IMG/VR virus record: IMGVR_UViG_3300028649_000004
Coordinates: 1-64,000 of that record
Direction: 5' to 3' (one strand)
Length of the DNA stretch: 64,000 bases
Source of the DNA: a virus
Lineage: Duplodnaviria; Caudoviricetes
Shown here: piece by piece, positions 36,233 through 47,515 of the stretch
How the letters are laid out: every line of letters begins with the position of its first letter
Position numbering within the stretch: the first letter of the stretch is position 1
Position numbers and translations under genes: made by a program
The notes under the pieces: model-generated
What the model was told of the DNA's origin: nothing
Database searches by the model: none
What the model saw: only the letters and a program-made list of their open reading frames with translations

Positions 36233-37476
36233 TTACTCTACACCTCCAAATACATCCACATATATCGAAGTTATCGTATTTTTAATATCTGTATCAATTG
36301 AACCATTTCTATTCTTTTCTCTGCTATTATGTATTTCTATAATCTTATTATTAATTTTATCTACTTTAATTCTTAAATATCCATATTCAACAACTATTAT
36401 CTCATCTCGTATGGAAGTAATGTGCCCAGAATAAAAAGCACGTACCAGTTTGAATTGAATATTAAAATTATCAACATTTTTATTCTTTTTGGTTGTATAT
36501 CTGTATTCATTAATTATGTCTTTACTTGCTCTTAACCATTTATAATTTGTTTTATTAAGCTTGTACTTTAACAATATTTTCTTTATCATTTCTTTACCCT
36601 TCTTTCTTTAATATCTCTACTATTAGCATTACAGTAATGAAAGTGACTCAACCAATATTTTAAATCATAAAAACTATGATTATTAATAATTTTATTGTTA
36701 TAAAACTCATATTCTTCAATTGCTAAATCTATATATTCGGATAGGTCTTTATAGTTTATATTTTTATCTATCATACTTGTTACTCTCTTTCTTTTTGGAT
36801 TTTTAACATATTTAATATACCTTTTGTATTTTCTGTTTTAGTTTCTTCGCATTCATAATTCATACAACCTTCACTATAGCCATCACAAATCATGCATTCC
36901 ATTCTATTGTCATCCCAATTTAAACATTCTTTATCCTTATTCATTATTTCCAACTTCCTTCTTCCATTAATTTATTTAAATATATAGTTTTTTAAAATTA
37001 AACTCTCGCATGCTTCCATATGTTCACTCATACTCTTGTTTTCAAGCCTAACTTTCAATTAAAATCAGTATTTTAAAATGAAAATGATTATCAGTTATTT
37101 ATATTCCTCTATTACTAATATAGTCACACCATTTAATAAAAGCTTTTATAATAGGCTCTGTATTTGTACTATCTGCCCATCCACAAAAACCAATAAACCC
37201 ATCTCTATTAAAAGAAATACATTCTCTCCCTCCAAAATAACTTCCATCAACTTTTATATATGCATGATGCAATCCCTGTTTAGTGAATTTCTTATCTTTA
37301 TAACCTAATTGTTTAACCTTCATACCCATTTCTTTTGAATACTTTGTACCATTGTTTAAATATTTTTCTAGTTCTTGATCAATAAAATATATTAGTTTTT
37401 CTAATAATTCTATATTTATATATGCATAACTTAAACCTTTGCTTTTAAAATATTCTCTTGCTTGGTCATTATTCAC
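36233..37476 (-). CDS. Small hypothetical genes (36233-36589, 36586-36774, 37099-37476)
   Basis: Co-oriented ORFs. Confidence 0.6.
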
Positions 37477-37680
37477 ACTCTCTTCAACTCCTTTAACATC
37501 TTATATTTTTTATTTAATTTATTGTATACCCTGTTAATTGCTTCCTGTCTTATGTATTCTTGTCTTTCACTTTCTGGAATTTGACTTAAACATATTTTCA
37601 TAAATCTTACCTCCTTAATTATTATCTTACAACTTTTCTTAATGCTTGTCTATATTTATTTCTGTTAATTTGTTTAATTA

Positions 37681-38403
37681 TTAAAATCCACTATATTCTC
37701 CTCCTTGATTTAACATTATTTCTAACTCATTTATAACTTCTTTTAAGGTCTTGTCCTTATCTGTTTCTTTTAATTCACGTTCTAGTTGCAGTTTTAGTCT
37801 ATTTATTCTAGACTTAGGCAAATAATCACTAGGATTTTCAGTTTTATCTCTTATAAAAAATAACTCATTACTTGCTTCTATTTTTCTCGACTCCATTTCT
37901 TTATATGACTTTTCTAATTTATCAATTCTCTTTTTTAATTTATTTATGTATTTTTCATCACATGTATTATAAAATTTAGTTACTTCTCTGCTTAAAGACC
38001 TTATCATAGAATTCTTTAGAATATCCATTTCTACTTTTAATTCTTGTTTCTTAGGCTTTTTTAGTAATGTTAAACACATATTATCTCTAGATTCATAACT
38101 ACCATATACCCCTATTTCTTTAGGAATTTCATCTTTAACTTCCTCAAATAATTCTTTAGGCATAACATAATAGTTGTAATGACCTACAAAATTATGACCG
38201 TGTTCACTATGAAAATCAGACTTGCTTATTTTTATTTCATAGCACCTGAATATATCTTTAAAATCCATTGTCATATAATCAACTCTTTGACGACCGAACC
38301 ACCCAATAGTCACTTCAAAACATCCTAAAGTCTTTCCTATAGTTTCTTTATATATAGCTTGTTCAATCTTTTCAGTTAATTCTGTTTTAGCTATTTCAAT
38401 CAC
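37681..38403 (-). CDS. MmcB-like PD-(D/E)xK nuclease-fold protein
   Basis: RVDYM...CYEIKISKSDFHSE...YNYYVMP. Confidence 0.7.
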   Translation of the reverse strand: MIEIAKTELTEKIEQAIYKETIGKTLGCFEVTIGWFGRQRVDYMTMDFKDIFRCYEIKISKSDFHSEHGHNFVGHYNYYVMPKELFEEVKDEIPKEIGVYGSYESRDNMCLTLLKKPKKQELKVEMDILKNSMIRSLSREVTKFYNTCDEKYINKLKKRIDKLEKSYKEMESRKIEASNELFFIRDKTENPSDYLPKSRINRLKLQLERELKETDKDKTLKEVINELEIMLNQGGEYSGF

Positions 38404-38451
38404 CTTCTTTACACTTTCTAATTAATAATAAATCCCCTTAAAGCACGTCAT

Positions 38452-38847
38452 TTAAAGCCTCTTAATTTTAGCTCTCTTTACAGGGGTTACACTATATTCC
38501 ACTGTAACAACTCTAGAATATTCTAATTCACTACTACAATTCGGGCAATTTATATTTCCTTCATTTGCTAATTCAAAAGCATCATCATATATGTAACCAC
38601 AATAAGGGCAAGTAAAATCATCTTCTAAAGTTTCTTCAACTTCATCTATATCAATAAAATTGATTTCATGAACTCCAACATGATGTTTTTGAATATCTAA
38701 CATTCCAACATGATATATTTTATCACCTATTTTCAAATTATCGCTTATTTTAGGTTGCTTTTTTATTTTTGTAATAATCAATGTATTATCACTTAAATTT
38801 GAATAATTTATATTTCTTCTATCTAAACTATATAATTCCCAATCCAT
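38452..38847 (-). CDS. Zn-ribbon protein
   Basis: CPYCG...CPNC. Confidence 0.65.
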   Translation of the reverse strand: MDWELYSLDRRNINYSNLSDNTLIITKIKKQPKISDNLKIGDKIYHVGMLDIQKHHVGVHEINFIDIDEVEETLEDDFTCPYCGYIYDDAFELANEGNINCPNCSSELEYSRVVTVEYSVTPVKRAKIKRL

Positions 38848-39518
38848 TTCGTTTTCCTCCTTAATAATTTATTATTAGTCATCTTCACCTAACACATTTG
38901 TATAATACATCATTGACTCTTCGATTGCTTTTGCAACTTCGTATTCGATTGTGCCTTTCAATTCTTTCTGTTCGAACTTTATTCTGAGGAAGGAAGTTGC
39001 AAGCTTTATAATCTTGTGTGTTATATCATTTTTCTTTTGTTGCTTAAGTACTTCTGGAAGAGCTTTATCAATGAACTCCTCCAAAGTACATTCCCATATA
39101 TCTGTGTAACCTGTTCTCCTCTCAATAATTGCTTTCATTACATTATCCATTATTTCAATCCTCCTAACTTCATTTGAATTATCACTTTTAATTGATACTA
39201 TTATGTAATTCTAGTTCATTATGATTCACTAATTCTGAAAATCCATCATCGTCTTCTACCCAAACATCTCCACTAGGTGAAGTATTTTTTATTTGTGGAA
39301 AATAGTTTTTAATAGTCACTATTTCATCATCATATTTAACTTTTAATCCAATCTTAATATCTTCTTTTCTCATTTTTTAACATCTCCCTTTATGTATTTA
39401 TATTAATTTGTTTGTCTAAATTAATATTAGCATAAACTACCAATCAATGCAACTATTATTTCTATTAATTTATTAAATATTTTATAAAAAATAAGGAAGT
39501 ATTAAATTACTTCCTATA

Positions 39519-40724
39519 CTATTCCTTATTTTTATTATAATCTTCTAAATACATCCATGTTAATCTCATACCACCATTCAAGTTTCCACAAGTTTTAACT
39601 TTGCCTTTACAACATTTAGTGATGCTACTAGGGTCACATTTATAAAATTCTCCTGCTTTTATTGTAGACTCAAATTCTTTTTTTGTTGTCAAGCATATTA
39701 CAGCTTTTTTATTGGATATATTTTTGACATTATCGCTCTTGGTATTTGTAATTTTTAAATCTTTATCATCTTTAATTATATAAGTTATTGTACATTCGGC
39801 ATTAAACCCTTCATCCTTTATCCAATCATCATATAAATTTTTAAGTTTATATGTCGCTCCTACAGAAAAGGATTCTTTTTTATACCAATCTTTTAATAAT
39901 TTTTCTTCTATAAATTTACCAGTGATAGGAACGTTGTATTGAGATAATTTATATAAATAATCAACTTTCGCAGATGTTTCTAATGAGTATGGTGGTATTC
40001 TTACTGTTCCTACTGATTTACAGGCATAATATATTCGAGAATTAACTGTATTATAGTTTATAATTTTATTTTTATATTCACTTTCTTGCATAATATAAAA
40101 ATTATCAATATTTGTATTATTATGTCTTTTAATTTCTAGGTCTTTAAGATTATCAATCCATTTTAAAAATTGAAAGTCTACCGGAATACTCAATATCATT
40201 TCATTATTTTCATCATACATAGTTACCCTATTCGTTTCAAAATTAATATTATTCCATTTTATAGTTCTTAAATATATCATTTGTTTTCCAGTAATTCCGT
40301 ATCTAATAAGCAACAATGGCAAAATAAATTGACTATCCACTCTGTTCATTAATTTCTCACATAAATTATAGAAATCTAATTTACTTATATACCAAGAATT
40401 ATCAATTTTATTTTCTATTTCTAATTTAAAACTTTTTTGTACTTTGTAATATTTAATACTCCATTCTAAATACTTTTTAATAAAAGCATTTATTAGATTA
40501 AGTGTGCCCTCTTTTACATTCTTTAGCTTTTTATTACATTTGTTTATTTCTTCTAATTCAAAATAATATAAATCTTTATTAGATTCTATTTCCACCTCAG
40601 ATATAAAATTAATATATAAATTCCATATGGCTTTTTGTGACACTTCGGAATAATTAGAATCCTTAAAAAATAATTGTTTGGTTTCTTGAAAATTATTTAA
40701 CATTCTATTAATTTCACCTCCCAC
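39519..40724 (-). CDS. Degenerate integrase-fold protein with NUMOD1-like tail; paralog of 54578-55729
   Basis: Shared PLLLxRYGIxGKQ..Y.R and NYNTxNSR segments; tail VICLTTKKEFESTIKA. Confidence 0.7.
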   Translation of the reverse strand: MGGEINRMLNNFQETKQLFFKDSNYSEVSQKAIWNLYINFISEVEIESNKDLYYFELEEINKCNKKLKNVKEGTLNLINAFIKKYLEWSIKYYKVQKSFKLEIENKIDNSWYISKLDFYNLCEKLMNRVDSQFILPLLLIRYGITGKQMIYLRTIKWNNINFETNRVTMYDENNEMILSIPVDFQFLKWIDNLKDLEIKRHNNTNIDNFYIMQESEYKNKIINYNTVNSRIYYACKSVGTVRIPPYSLETSAKVDYLYKLSQYNVPITGKFIEEKLLKDWYKKESFSVGATYKLKNLYDDWIKDEGFNAECTITYIIKDDKDLKITNTKSDNVKNISNKKAVICLTTKKEFESTIKAGEFYKCDPSSITKCCKGKVKTCGNLNGGMRLTWMYLEDYNKNKE

Positions 40725-40842
40725 AGTTATATTATAATCTAAAAATACTAATAATATAACTGTTTAAGTAAAATTTTTATCCTTTATTAAAATAAATTAA
40801 AGTAATTTTTTAAAATATATCCTTTATGTGATATTTATTATT

Positions 40843-41472
40843 TTAGTTATTAATGTTTTCTTGTTTATCCTTAGGTATTCTAGCATATTTAATATAATGA
40901 TTTCTACAATATCCTTTAGCGTAATATTTTCCATCACAACCTTTAATACTACATTGTTTTATTTTAACTTCATTAACATACAAAGGGTTTCCATGATTAT
41001 ACCATTTATGGTAATGACTTCTACAATAACCATTACCATAAGATTTTTCATTACAACTATTTACTTTACAGATTGTTGGGTATTTTATTCTTTTTTCAAT
41101 AAGTGTTATTTCTCCATGTTTTAAATATTGATGATAATGTCTTATGCAATAACCTTTAGCTAAAATTATATCATCGCACCCTTCTACTTTACAGGAAGAT
41201 ATATTATAAGTCCCTAATTCATTTTTTAATTCTAGATTTTCAAATCTTTGTTTATTATAATGGTATTTACAAAGATTTTTAGAGTAAACATTTTTATCGC
41301 AACCATCAATTGAACATATACTATCTTGAATAATAGGATTTACCTCTAATTCAGGAGTTAATCTTCCATGATTTTTTATTTGCAAATAATGTTTCCTGCA
41401 ATATTCTTTTAAGCCATATCTTTCTTTATTACAATCAACTGCATTACATTTTTCTTTTATCACATGTTTCAC
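40843..41472 (-). CDS. Protein of five Cys/His zinc-binding-type repeats
   Basis: Five CxxxxC-x8-CxxHY units. Confidence 0.75.
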   Translation of the reverse strand: MKHVIKEKCNAVDCNKERYGLKEYCRKHYLQIKNHGRLTPELEVNPIIQDSICSIDGCDKNVYSKNLCKYHYNKQRFENLELKNELGTYNISSCKVEGCDDIILAKGYCIRHYHQYLKHGEITLIEKRIKYPTICKVNSCNEKSYGNGYCRSHYHKWYNHGNPLYVNEVKIKQCSIKGCDGKYYAKGYCRNHYIKYARIPKDKQENINN

Positions 41473-41618
41473 CTCGCAGTAATAGTATTATCCATTATTT
41501 AAGGTTTATACATTTTTCACTTAACCTGTAAATTATCAATATTACAAAATATCCCAATAAATTGCAAATTTTAAAAGGGTTTTAACAAAATTAAGGAGAT
41601 AATATTTAAACTATCTCC

Positions 41619-42050
41619 TTAATTCTTATTCATTAATACATTTATTAAAATTTTATATTCTCTTGGTATTAAATTCAACATTAAATCTTTATCGGTATAT
41701 TTTAATGCTTTATTAATATTGTTTTCTATAGTAAAAGTAATAAATGATTTTAAATATCTTTCTTGATTTTTCTTTGTAGTTCCATCATAAAAATTAATAT
41801 TAATGTAGTCTTGTAACTCATTAATATTAATTAATAATACATCTTTCTCAATAACATCAATAAACCTCTTAACTGCACTCTTATATTGAAATAAGCTTGA
41901 TTTAGTTTTGCCACTATTACTCTCAAATTTTTTCCAGTAAGTTTCATTTAAGCCTTTAATTTTGTGAAATTCCTTTACATCTTCTAAATGCCTGTAAAAC
42001 CGTTCTGATTTTTTATAAGAGTCTCTTTTAACTGGGATCACATCTAACAT
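41619..42050 (-). CDS. Integrase N-terminal (SAM-like/core-binding) domain protein
   Basis: KSSLFQYKSAVKRF...INELQDY...TKKNQERYLKSF pattern, no catalytic domain. Confidence 0.55.
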   Translation of the reverse strand: MLDVIPVKRDSYKKSERFYRHLEDVKEFHKIKGLNETYWKKFESNSGKTKSSLFQYKSAVKRFIDVIEKDVLLININELQDYININFYDGTTKKNQERYLKSFITFTIENNINKALKYTDKDLMLNLIPREYKILINVLMNKN

Positions 42051-42063
42051 ATGACAATCTCCT

Positions 42064-42393
42064 TTAAGATACCTTTTTATTATCTATATTTTTATAACCG
42101 TTTCTGCCCTCATAATCAATATTATAAGTAGCTTCTATCCCATATTCTTCAAATACTAAGTCTGCAATTCCTCCCATCTTTAATTTCAATTCTTTTAATG
42201 TATCAGTTTCAAAAATATCACTATCTAAGATATATATTTCATTCACAAATAATCCAACAGTATAAGCTATTTCTTTTAAATCTTTAAAAACTATTGCATT
42301 AAATTCAACATTGACAACCTTATCTTCAATTCCCTCTTTAATAGCTTGCATAATTTCCTCATTACTAAATGATCCTGTTATCATAAATTCCAC
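42064..42393 (-). CDS. Hypothetical protein
   Basis: ORF with RBS. Confidence 0.6.
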   Translation of the reverse strand: MEFMITGSFSNEEIMQAIKEGIEDKVVNVEFNAIVFKDLKEIAYTVGLFVNEIYILDSDIFETDTLKELKLKMGGIADLVFEEYGIEATYNIDYEGRNGYKNIDNKKVS

Positions 42394-42526
42394 AACCTTT
42401 CATTTATATCTTTATATTACTATTATATCATTATTTTAAAATTATATACGTATTTTATAAATTTATTTTATTAATTTGTTTAATTATAAATCAAATGTGA
42501 GTTTTATTTGGATTTATAATTATGTA

Positions 42527-43408
42527 TTATATTACTTGTACTAGTTCTTTTAATTTTACTATATAAATCCCTTTATATAGTTTGTCTTTTGCTTTTTTTA
42601 TAACATCTCTTGCATTACCATATGTATTTGTATAATTATTATCGTATATCCATTTACTTGTTTCCGTAATGGACTTTCCTTCATATATCAAATTATAATT
42701 TCGGTCATATATGTAAATTTCTTTTGGCTTATTTATATCTTTAAATAAATTGGCTAATTCTATTTTTTTCTTAATATCATCTTTTGAAGAATTTATATAA
42801 TCATCGTACCACATCCATGATAAAGGTATATTATTTAATTTTCCTGCATATTTTCTATTGTTATTACAAACTTGTCCTATACTATTTACTCCTTTTATAT
42901 TATATAATTTATTTGCAACTGAAACAGATTCAAATATTTCTCTTGTATTTAAACAAATAACTTTTTTAGCATTTGGATTTTTACCTTCATTCAAATCAGC
43001 ATGATTCAAAGATATTAATAACCTACTTTCTTCCGTTGGTATACCTGAATTTCCACCAAAATTTCTATTATATCCATAATTTCTATTTGTACTATTATAG
43101 AAAGCAATCCAACATTGTTCTTTAATATTTAATTCATCTTTAGAAAATGCCACATCAAAGTATTCGTCAACTGCAAAATTTTCAAATCCATATTTCTCTA
43201 TTGAATTTAGTAAATATGTATTTTTATAATTGCCTTTATCTTTATTATGTTTATGATATTTATAAACTCTTTCTATTCCAATTCCACTGTATCCATATCT
43301 TCCATTAAATCCTTTTTGATTTATAGTTTGTCCAATATAACATTTGTTATTAACCAAATTAGTTATTTTATAAATTACTCCGTATACTTCTAAGTTCCCT
43401 ATTTTCAT
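42527..43408 (-). CDS. GIY-YIG homing endonuclease with NUMOD domains
   Basis: GVIYKITNLVNNKCYIGQT, EQCWI, GYNR, KVICLNTREIFES. Confidence 0.88.
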   Translation of the reverse strand: MKIGNLEVYGVIYKITNLVNNKCYIGQTINQKGFNGRYGYSGIGIERVYKYHKHNKDKGNYKNTYLLNSIEKYGFENFAVDEYFDVAFSKDELNIKEQCWIAFYNSTNRNYGYNRNFGGNSGIPTEESRLLISLNHADLNEGKNPNAKKVICLNTREIFESVSVANKLYNIKGVNSIGQVCNNNRKYAGKLNNIPLSWMWYDDYINSSKDDIKKKIELANLFKDINKPKEIYIYDRNYNLIYEGKSITETSKWIYDNNYTNTYGNARDVIKKAKDKLYKGIYIVKLKELVQVI

Positions 43409-43734
43409 GCAACCACCTTCTCACTAGTCACACCATTTCTTATGTAAAAGTCATTTAAACTTAAATATTCTGGAGTTTTATTTGTATCAACACTTTTAGC
43501 CATTTTCTTTATGTATTTATTAATTTCTTCTTCACTAAAGTCTCCATCATATATTATTTGAAAACTTTTTAAACTAATCATGTCAGGTCTAAAATTTCTA
43601 ATATTAATTAAACAACCTTTATATTTAACTCTTCCATAATAATTTTTATATTCTAAAACTTGAACTTCATCACCTAATTTTTCTACTAATTCATCTATAA
43701 CTTCTTTTATATTTGTTCTTTTTGTAACTATCAT
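43405..43734 (-). CDS. Hypothetical protein
   Basis: Overlaps the GIY-YIG start. Confidence 0.6.
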   Translation of the reverse strand: MIVTKRTNIKEVIDELVEKLGDEVQVLEYKNYYGRVKYKGCLINIRNFRPDMISLKSFQIIYDGDFSEEEINKYIKKMAKSVDTNKTPEYLSLNDFYIRNGVTSEKVVA

Positions 43735-43873
43735 TTATATTCACTCTCTTTCTTCTATTAATTTATTTACAATCTATATCAATTTAATTATTTTCAAATT
43801 CAAGGGAAGCCGAAACTTCCCACATTACTTTTCATTTTAAATACTTGTTCAAAATCCTTTTAAAAACGAGATT

Positions 43874-44632
43874 TTATAATTTATATCCTAATTTACTCAA
43901 TGCATAAAATACTGCACATATCCTAGTACTTGTAACTTCCATTGATTTTCTTTTAAATCTAAGTCTGCCGTCACATGACATATCAATATCTGTATTGTCC
44001 AGTTCTCTAGACGTTTTTATAAATTCAATCATATCGTCACTTGAACAATTGTTTGGAATTAATTTAAATAATGTGTCTTTATCATTGATAAGTTTTGTAT
44101 TATTAACAGCTATATATCTCATATCATCTAAATCTAATTCAATAATGTCATTAAACCCTTTGTCTTTAAGATAATCAACAACAGATTGTCCTATGTTTAT
44201 AGTTGGTATAATAATTTTACAATTATCAATTCCTTTTATTGATTCTATTAATTTATTTGCAATATCTTCTAATTTGTTTTCAATAATTTTAATAAATCTA
44301 ATTATTTTTAATTCTGAATTGTTGTTCTCTTCAAATAATACTCCATAATTTATTCCTTCTCTTGACACATCAAAAGACAAATAATAATTCTTTCCATTTG
44401 GAATATCACTACTATAACTAATTCTGATATCATCATTAAATATAGTTTTAACCCTATTATTTGTGACATTATCCATTGATGTAATTACTTCTACCTCGAT
44501 ACTCTCATCTCCATACTGGCTCTTTTTAATCTCTCCTATGTATATATTATTAGTGTCTTTTAATTTTAGCATCTTGCCAAAATCACCCTTTGTAAAAAAT
44601 ACTTTTGCTTTTCCTAATTGTGTACTGTTCAT
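43874..44632 (-). CDS. Terminase nuclease-like domain protein; paralog of C-terminus of 12448-13731
   Basis: YYLSFDVSREG, KIIIP...GQ, both end LGYKL. Confidence 0.5.
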   Translation of the reverse strand: MNSTQLGKAKVFFTKGDFGKMLKLKDTNNIYIGEIKKSQYGDESIEVEVITSMDNVTNNRVKTIFNDDIRISYSSDIPNGKNYYLSFDVSREGINYGVLFEENNNSELKIIRFIKIIENKLEDIANKLIESIKGIDNCKIIIPTINIGQSVVDYLKDKGFNDIIELDLDDMRYIAVNNTKLINDKDTLFKLIPNNCSSDDMIEFIKTSRELDNTDIDMSCDGRLRFKRKSMEVTSTRICAVFYALSKLGYKL

Positions 44633-44923
44633 TTAACATCATCCTTTCTTTACTGCCTTTGCAGTCATCCTTATATTTTATAATTCACATAGATTTTCAC
44701 TTGTGAATTAATTCTAAAATACCTGATAGATACTCTAGAATTACCTCACAAGGAGGTTTTATCTTTTGTTATGGTGTTAATTTTTATTTGTTCAACTTAC
44801 TTAAAATTTGTTTCTTAGCTTCTAAAATTAATTCTAAGTTTTTCTTATCCATTTCATAACCGTTCATATTATCAACTCCTTTCTAAAAGCCTTTAAATGT
44901 CTTCATTTAAGTTGTTATATAAT

Positions 44924-46353
44924 TTATTTTATTTTCGTACAATCCATTAAATCTTCTTTAGATACTCCTAATTCTTTTAATTTGTTATCTAACTCTTCTT
45001 CTGTAACTTCTTGTCCTTCATACTGTGCTAAAATACCTTTATTAGATTTATTAGGCGAGTATGTAATTTCAATCTCATCTTCACCAATTGTTCCTTTTTC
45101 ATACTTTCCATCAACTAATTTCTCCATAACTTCAAATAATTGATTTCTAAATTCCTTACTTTGTTCTGATAAATCTTCCCTGCTTATTCTAATTTTAAAT
45201 TCTTCATATTTTTTCATACTAATATCTCCTTTGATGCTTTGGTCATCACCCATATTTTATAATCTAACTTGTAGATTAATTCTAAGATACTAATTTAATA
45301 TCCTTGAATTAGCCTACAAGTAGGCTTTTATCTTTCGTTCTTCTATTAATTTATTAATTATTTTTTACTGTTTGCCAAACTTGTCCATTAAATTTAGCTA
45401 CTATTGGTCTAGATTGTCTTGTCTTACCTATTGTATAATAGATTTCAAATGTATTTTCATCTATGTATACTGGCTCTTCATAATGAACTTTGACTGATAA
45501 TTTACTTGTATCCATGATTATCATCTCCTTTTCTTATTTATTAATAATTATTTAGTATCTCTTTTAAATTTTAAATGTTTTATATGATTATATTCTCCCC
45601 ATAACCAAGAATCATTACTGGATTCTATATTATTTTCTAATTTAATTTCAACATTGCTTAAATCTATTGTCTCTTTATTTTTTATCACAATGTCATCATA
45701 TATTCTTTCAATTTCTTCTGTAAGATTTCCTGTTTCTTTATCATATATTTTTATTTTATTACAATCTTTGATATCATAAATTGGATTACTCATATTTCTC
45801 ACCTCCTTTACTAAATCCTACCACATTTAAATTTTAATTTCAATACTTATTTCTATTAATTTGTTATTATTTTATTCATAAGCTAAATTCATTGTTTATA
45901 AAAGTCATCACAGTCAGTATTGGTTTCTAATTCCACTACTTCTTCTATATTTTCATTAATAAACTTTTGTTTCTCAAGTTCTTCTTCAGTTTCCGTAGCC
46001 CATTTGTCCCATAGTGCTTGACTCTCTTTTAATGAATTCTTAGGTAATTTACCTGCTCTCATTAATTTCATTTCTTTTAAGCTTTGTTCTAATGATTTTC
46101 CTACTGCACAATATCTTTCAGTTGGTTCTTCATACATATCTTTAAATGATTGCAGTTTATCTTTAGATTGCTCCCATTCTTCTAGTTCATTTTGACCATC
46201 TTTGATTCTTTTATCAAATTCTTCTTTTCTGTATGTATATAGCTTATATAAGAATATATTTACTACATCATCGGGAATATCACCAAATACATCAAAACAA
46301 ACCGTTCCATTAAAATTAGGATAAATGTAATATGGTAATCTACAATAACTCAT
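44924..46353 (-). CDS. Small hypothetical genes (44924-45217, 45548-45802, 45889-46353)
   Basis: ORFs with RBSs. Confidence 0.6.
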
Positions 46354-46545
46354 TTATTAACCCTCCTCTTTAAATAATTCGTTCAATATTCTCTTACCTT
46401 CTTCTAGTTCTTCTAAAGTATTATTGCTACTTTTATTACTTTTAACTGGTTCATTCATTATCTTTATTATTTTCTCATAAGCTTCTTGACTTATTGTAAT
46501 ATCTCTTTCAATACTTTCTGTACTCATAACTTTCATCTCACTTCA

Positions 46546-47103
46546 TTAAATTAAACTTCTTCTATTAAAAGGATTGTTTGCATTAAGTGCGTCCCACATA
46601 ATATCAGTAGATTCAAAACTTTTAAACAATACTCTTTTACATTCAGCATAATCTTTCTTAGACCAAGGCAGTAATAAATCTAATTTTGTTACCATACCAT
46701 TTATACTTTTATCTTTATTAATTGTTGTACTAAGTCCATTATGAGATCGCATTTTTTCATCAAAGAATACAATAGTAATTAATGGATTTCTTAATATAGA
46801 ACTCATAAACCTATAACCCATATCAGTATGATAGTTTAAATGTGTAATGTATACGAATCCAGTGTCTTTATCGGTTTTACTTTTGATTTTGATACCAATT
46901 AAAATAACTCTAATAGAACTTATATTAAATAGACAAATACGAGTGTCAATTGCATTTGAAAAATCATTGATATTGCTATTAATATCTTTAACTAATATTA
47001 TAGGACTATCTTGTTTCTATTCATCTTTATAAATTCCAAAAGTTATATTACCACATGTGAAATTTTTAAGTGGTATTCCTGTTTTTACTCCACTACTTAA
47101 CAT
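46546..47103 (-). pseudogene. Hypothetical gene split by one in-frame TAG at 47017-47019
   Basis: ATG at 47103 with GAGGTG RBS; same frame as the 46546-46821 ORF. Confidence 0.7.
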
Positions 47104-47515
47104 TTTAATCACCTCATATATAATTATATCCAATTATATGTAAAAGTAAATATTTTACAAAATAAAATTAATAATGATTCAAATAGTCTGGAATTATCTT
47201 TTTTTAAAATAGCCATTTTATGGGATTATTTGTAGTTATTTCCCAAAATCGAATTATTAATCGTTGATTTTACTGGTTTGAAAATTCAATTTTAGGAAAT
47301 AATATCATTTTTATTAATTTGTTATGTATTTTAACAACTAAAGTTTTACATTCTTATTTCTTTTCATACCTTCTTAATTTCCCTCTTATATATTCTACCA
47401 AAAAAGTTGGAAATCTTATTATGCAGAATATATAATATTCTGACCAAGCTAATATAAATTCTATACTATATTTTATATTTTTCTTTTTCATATAACTCCT
47501 TCTTTCATGAATTCT

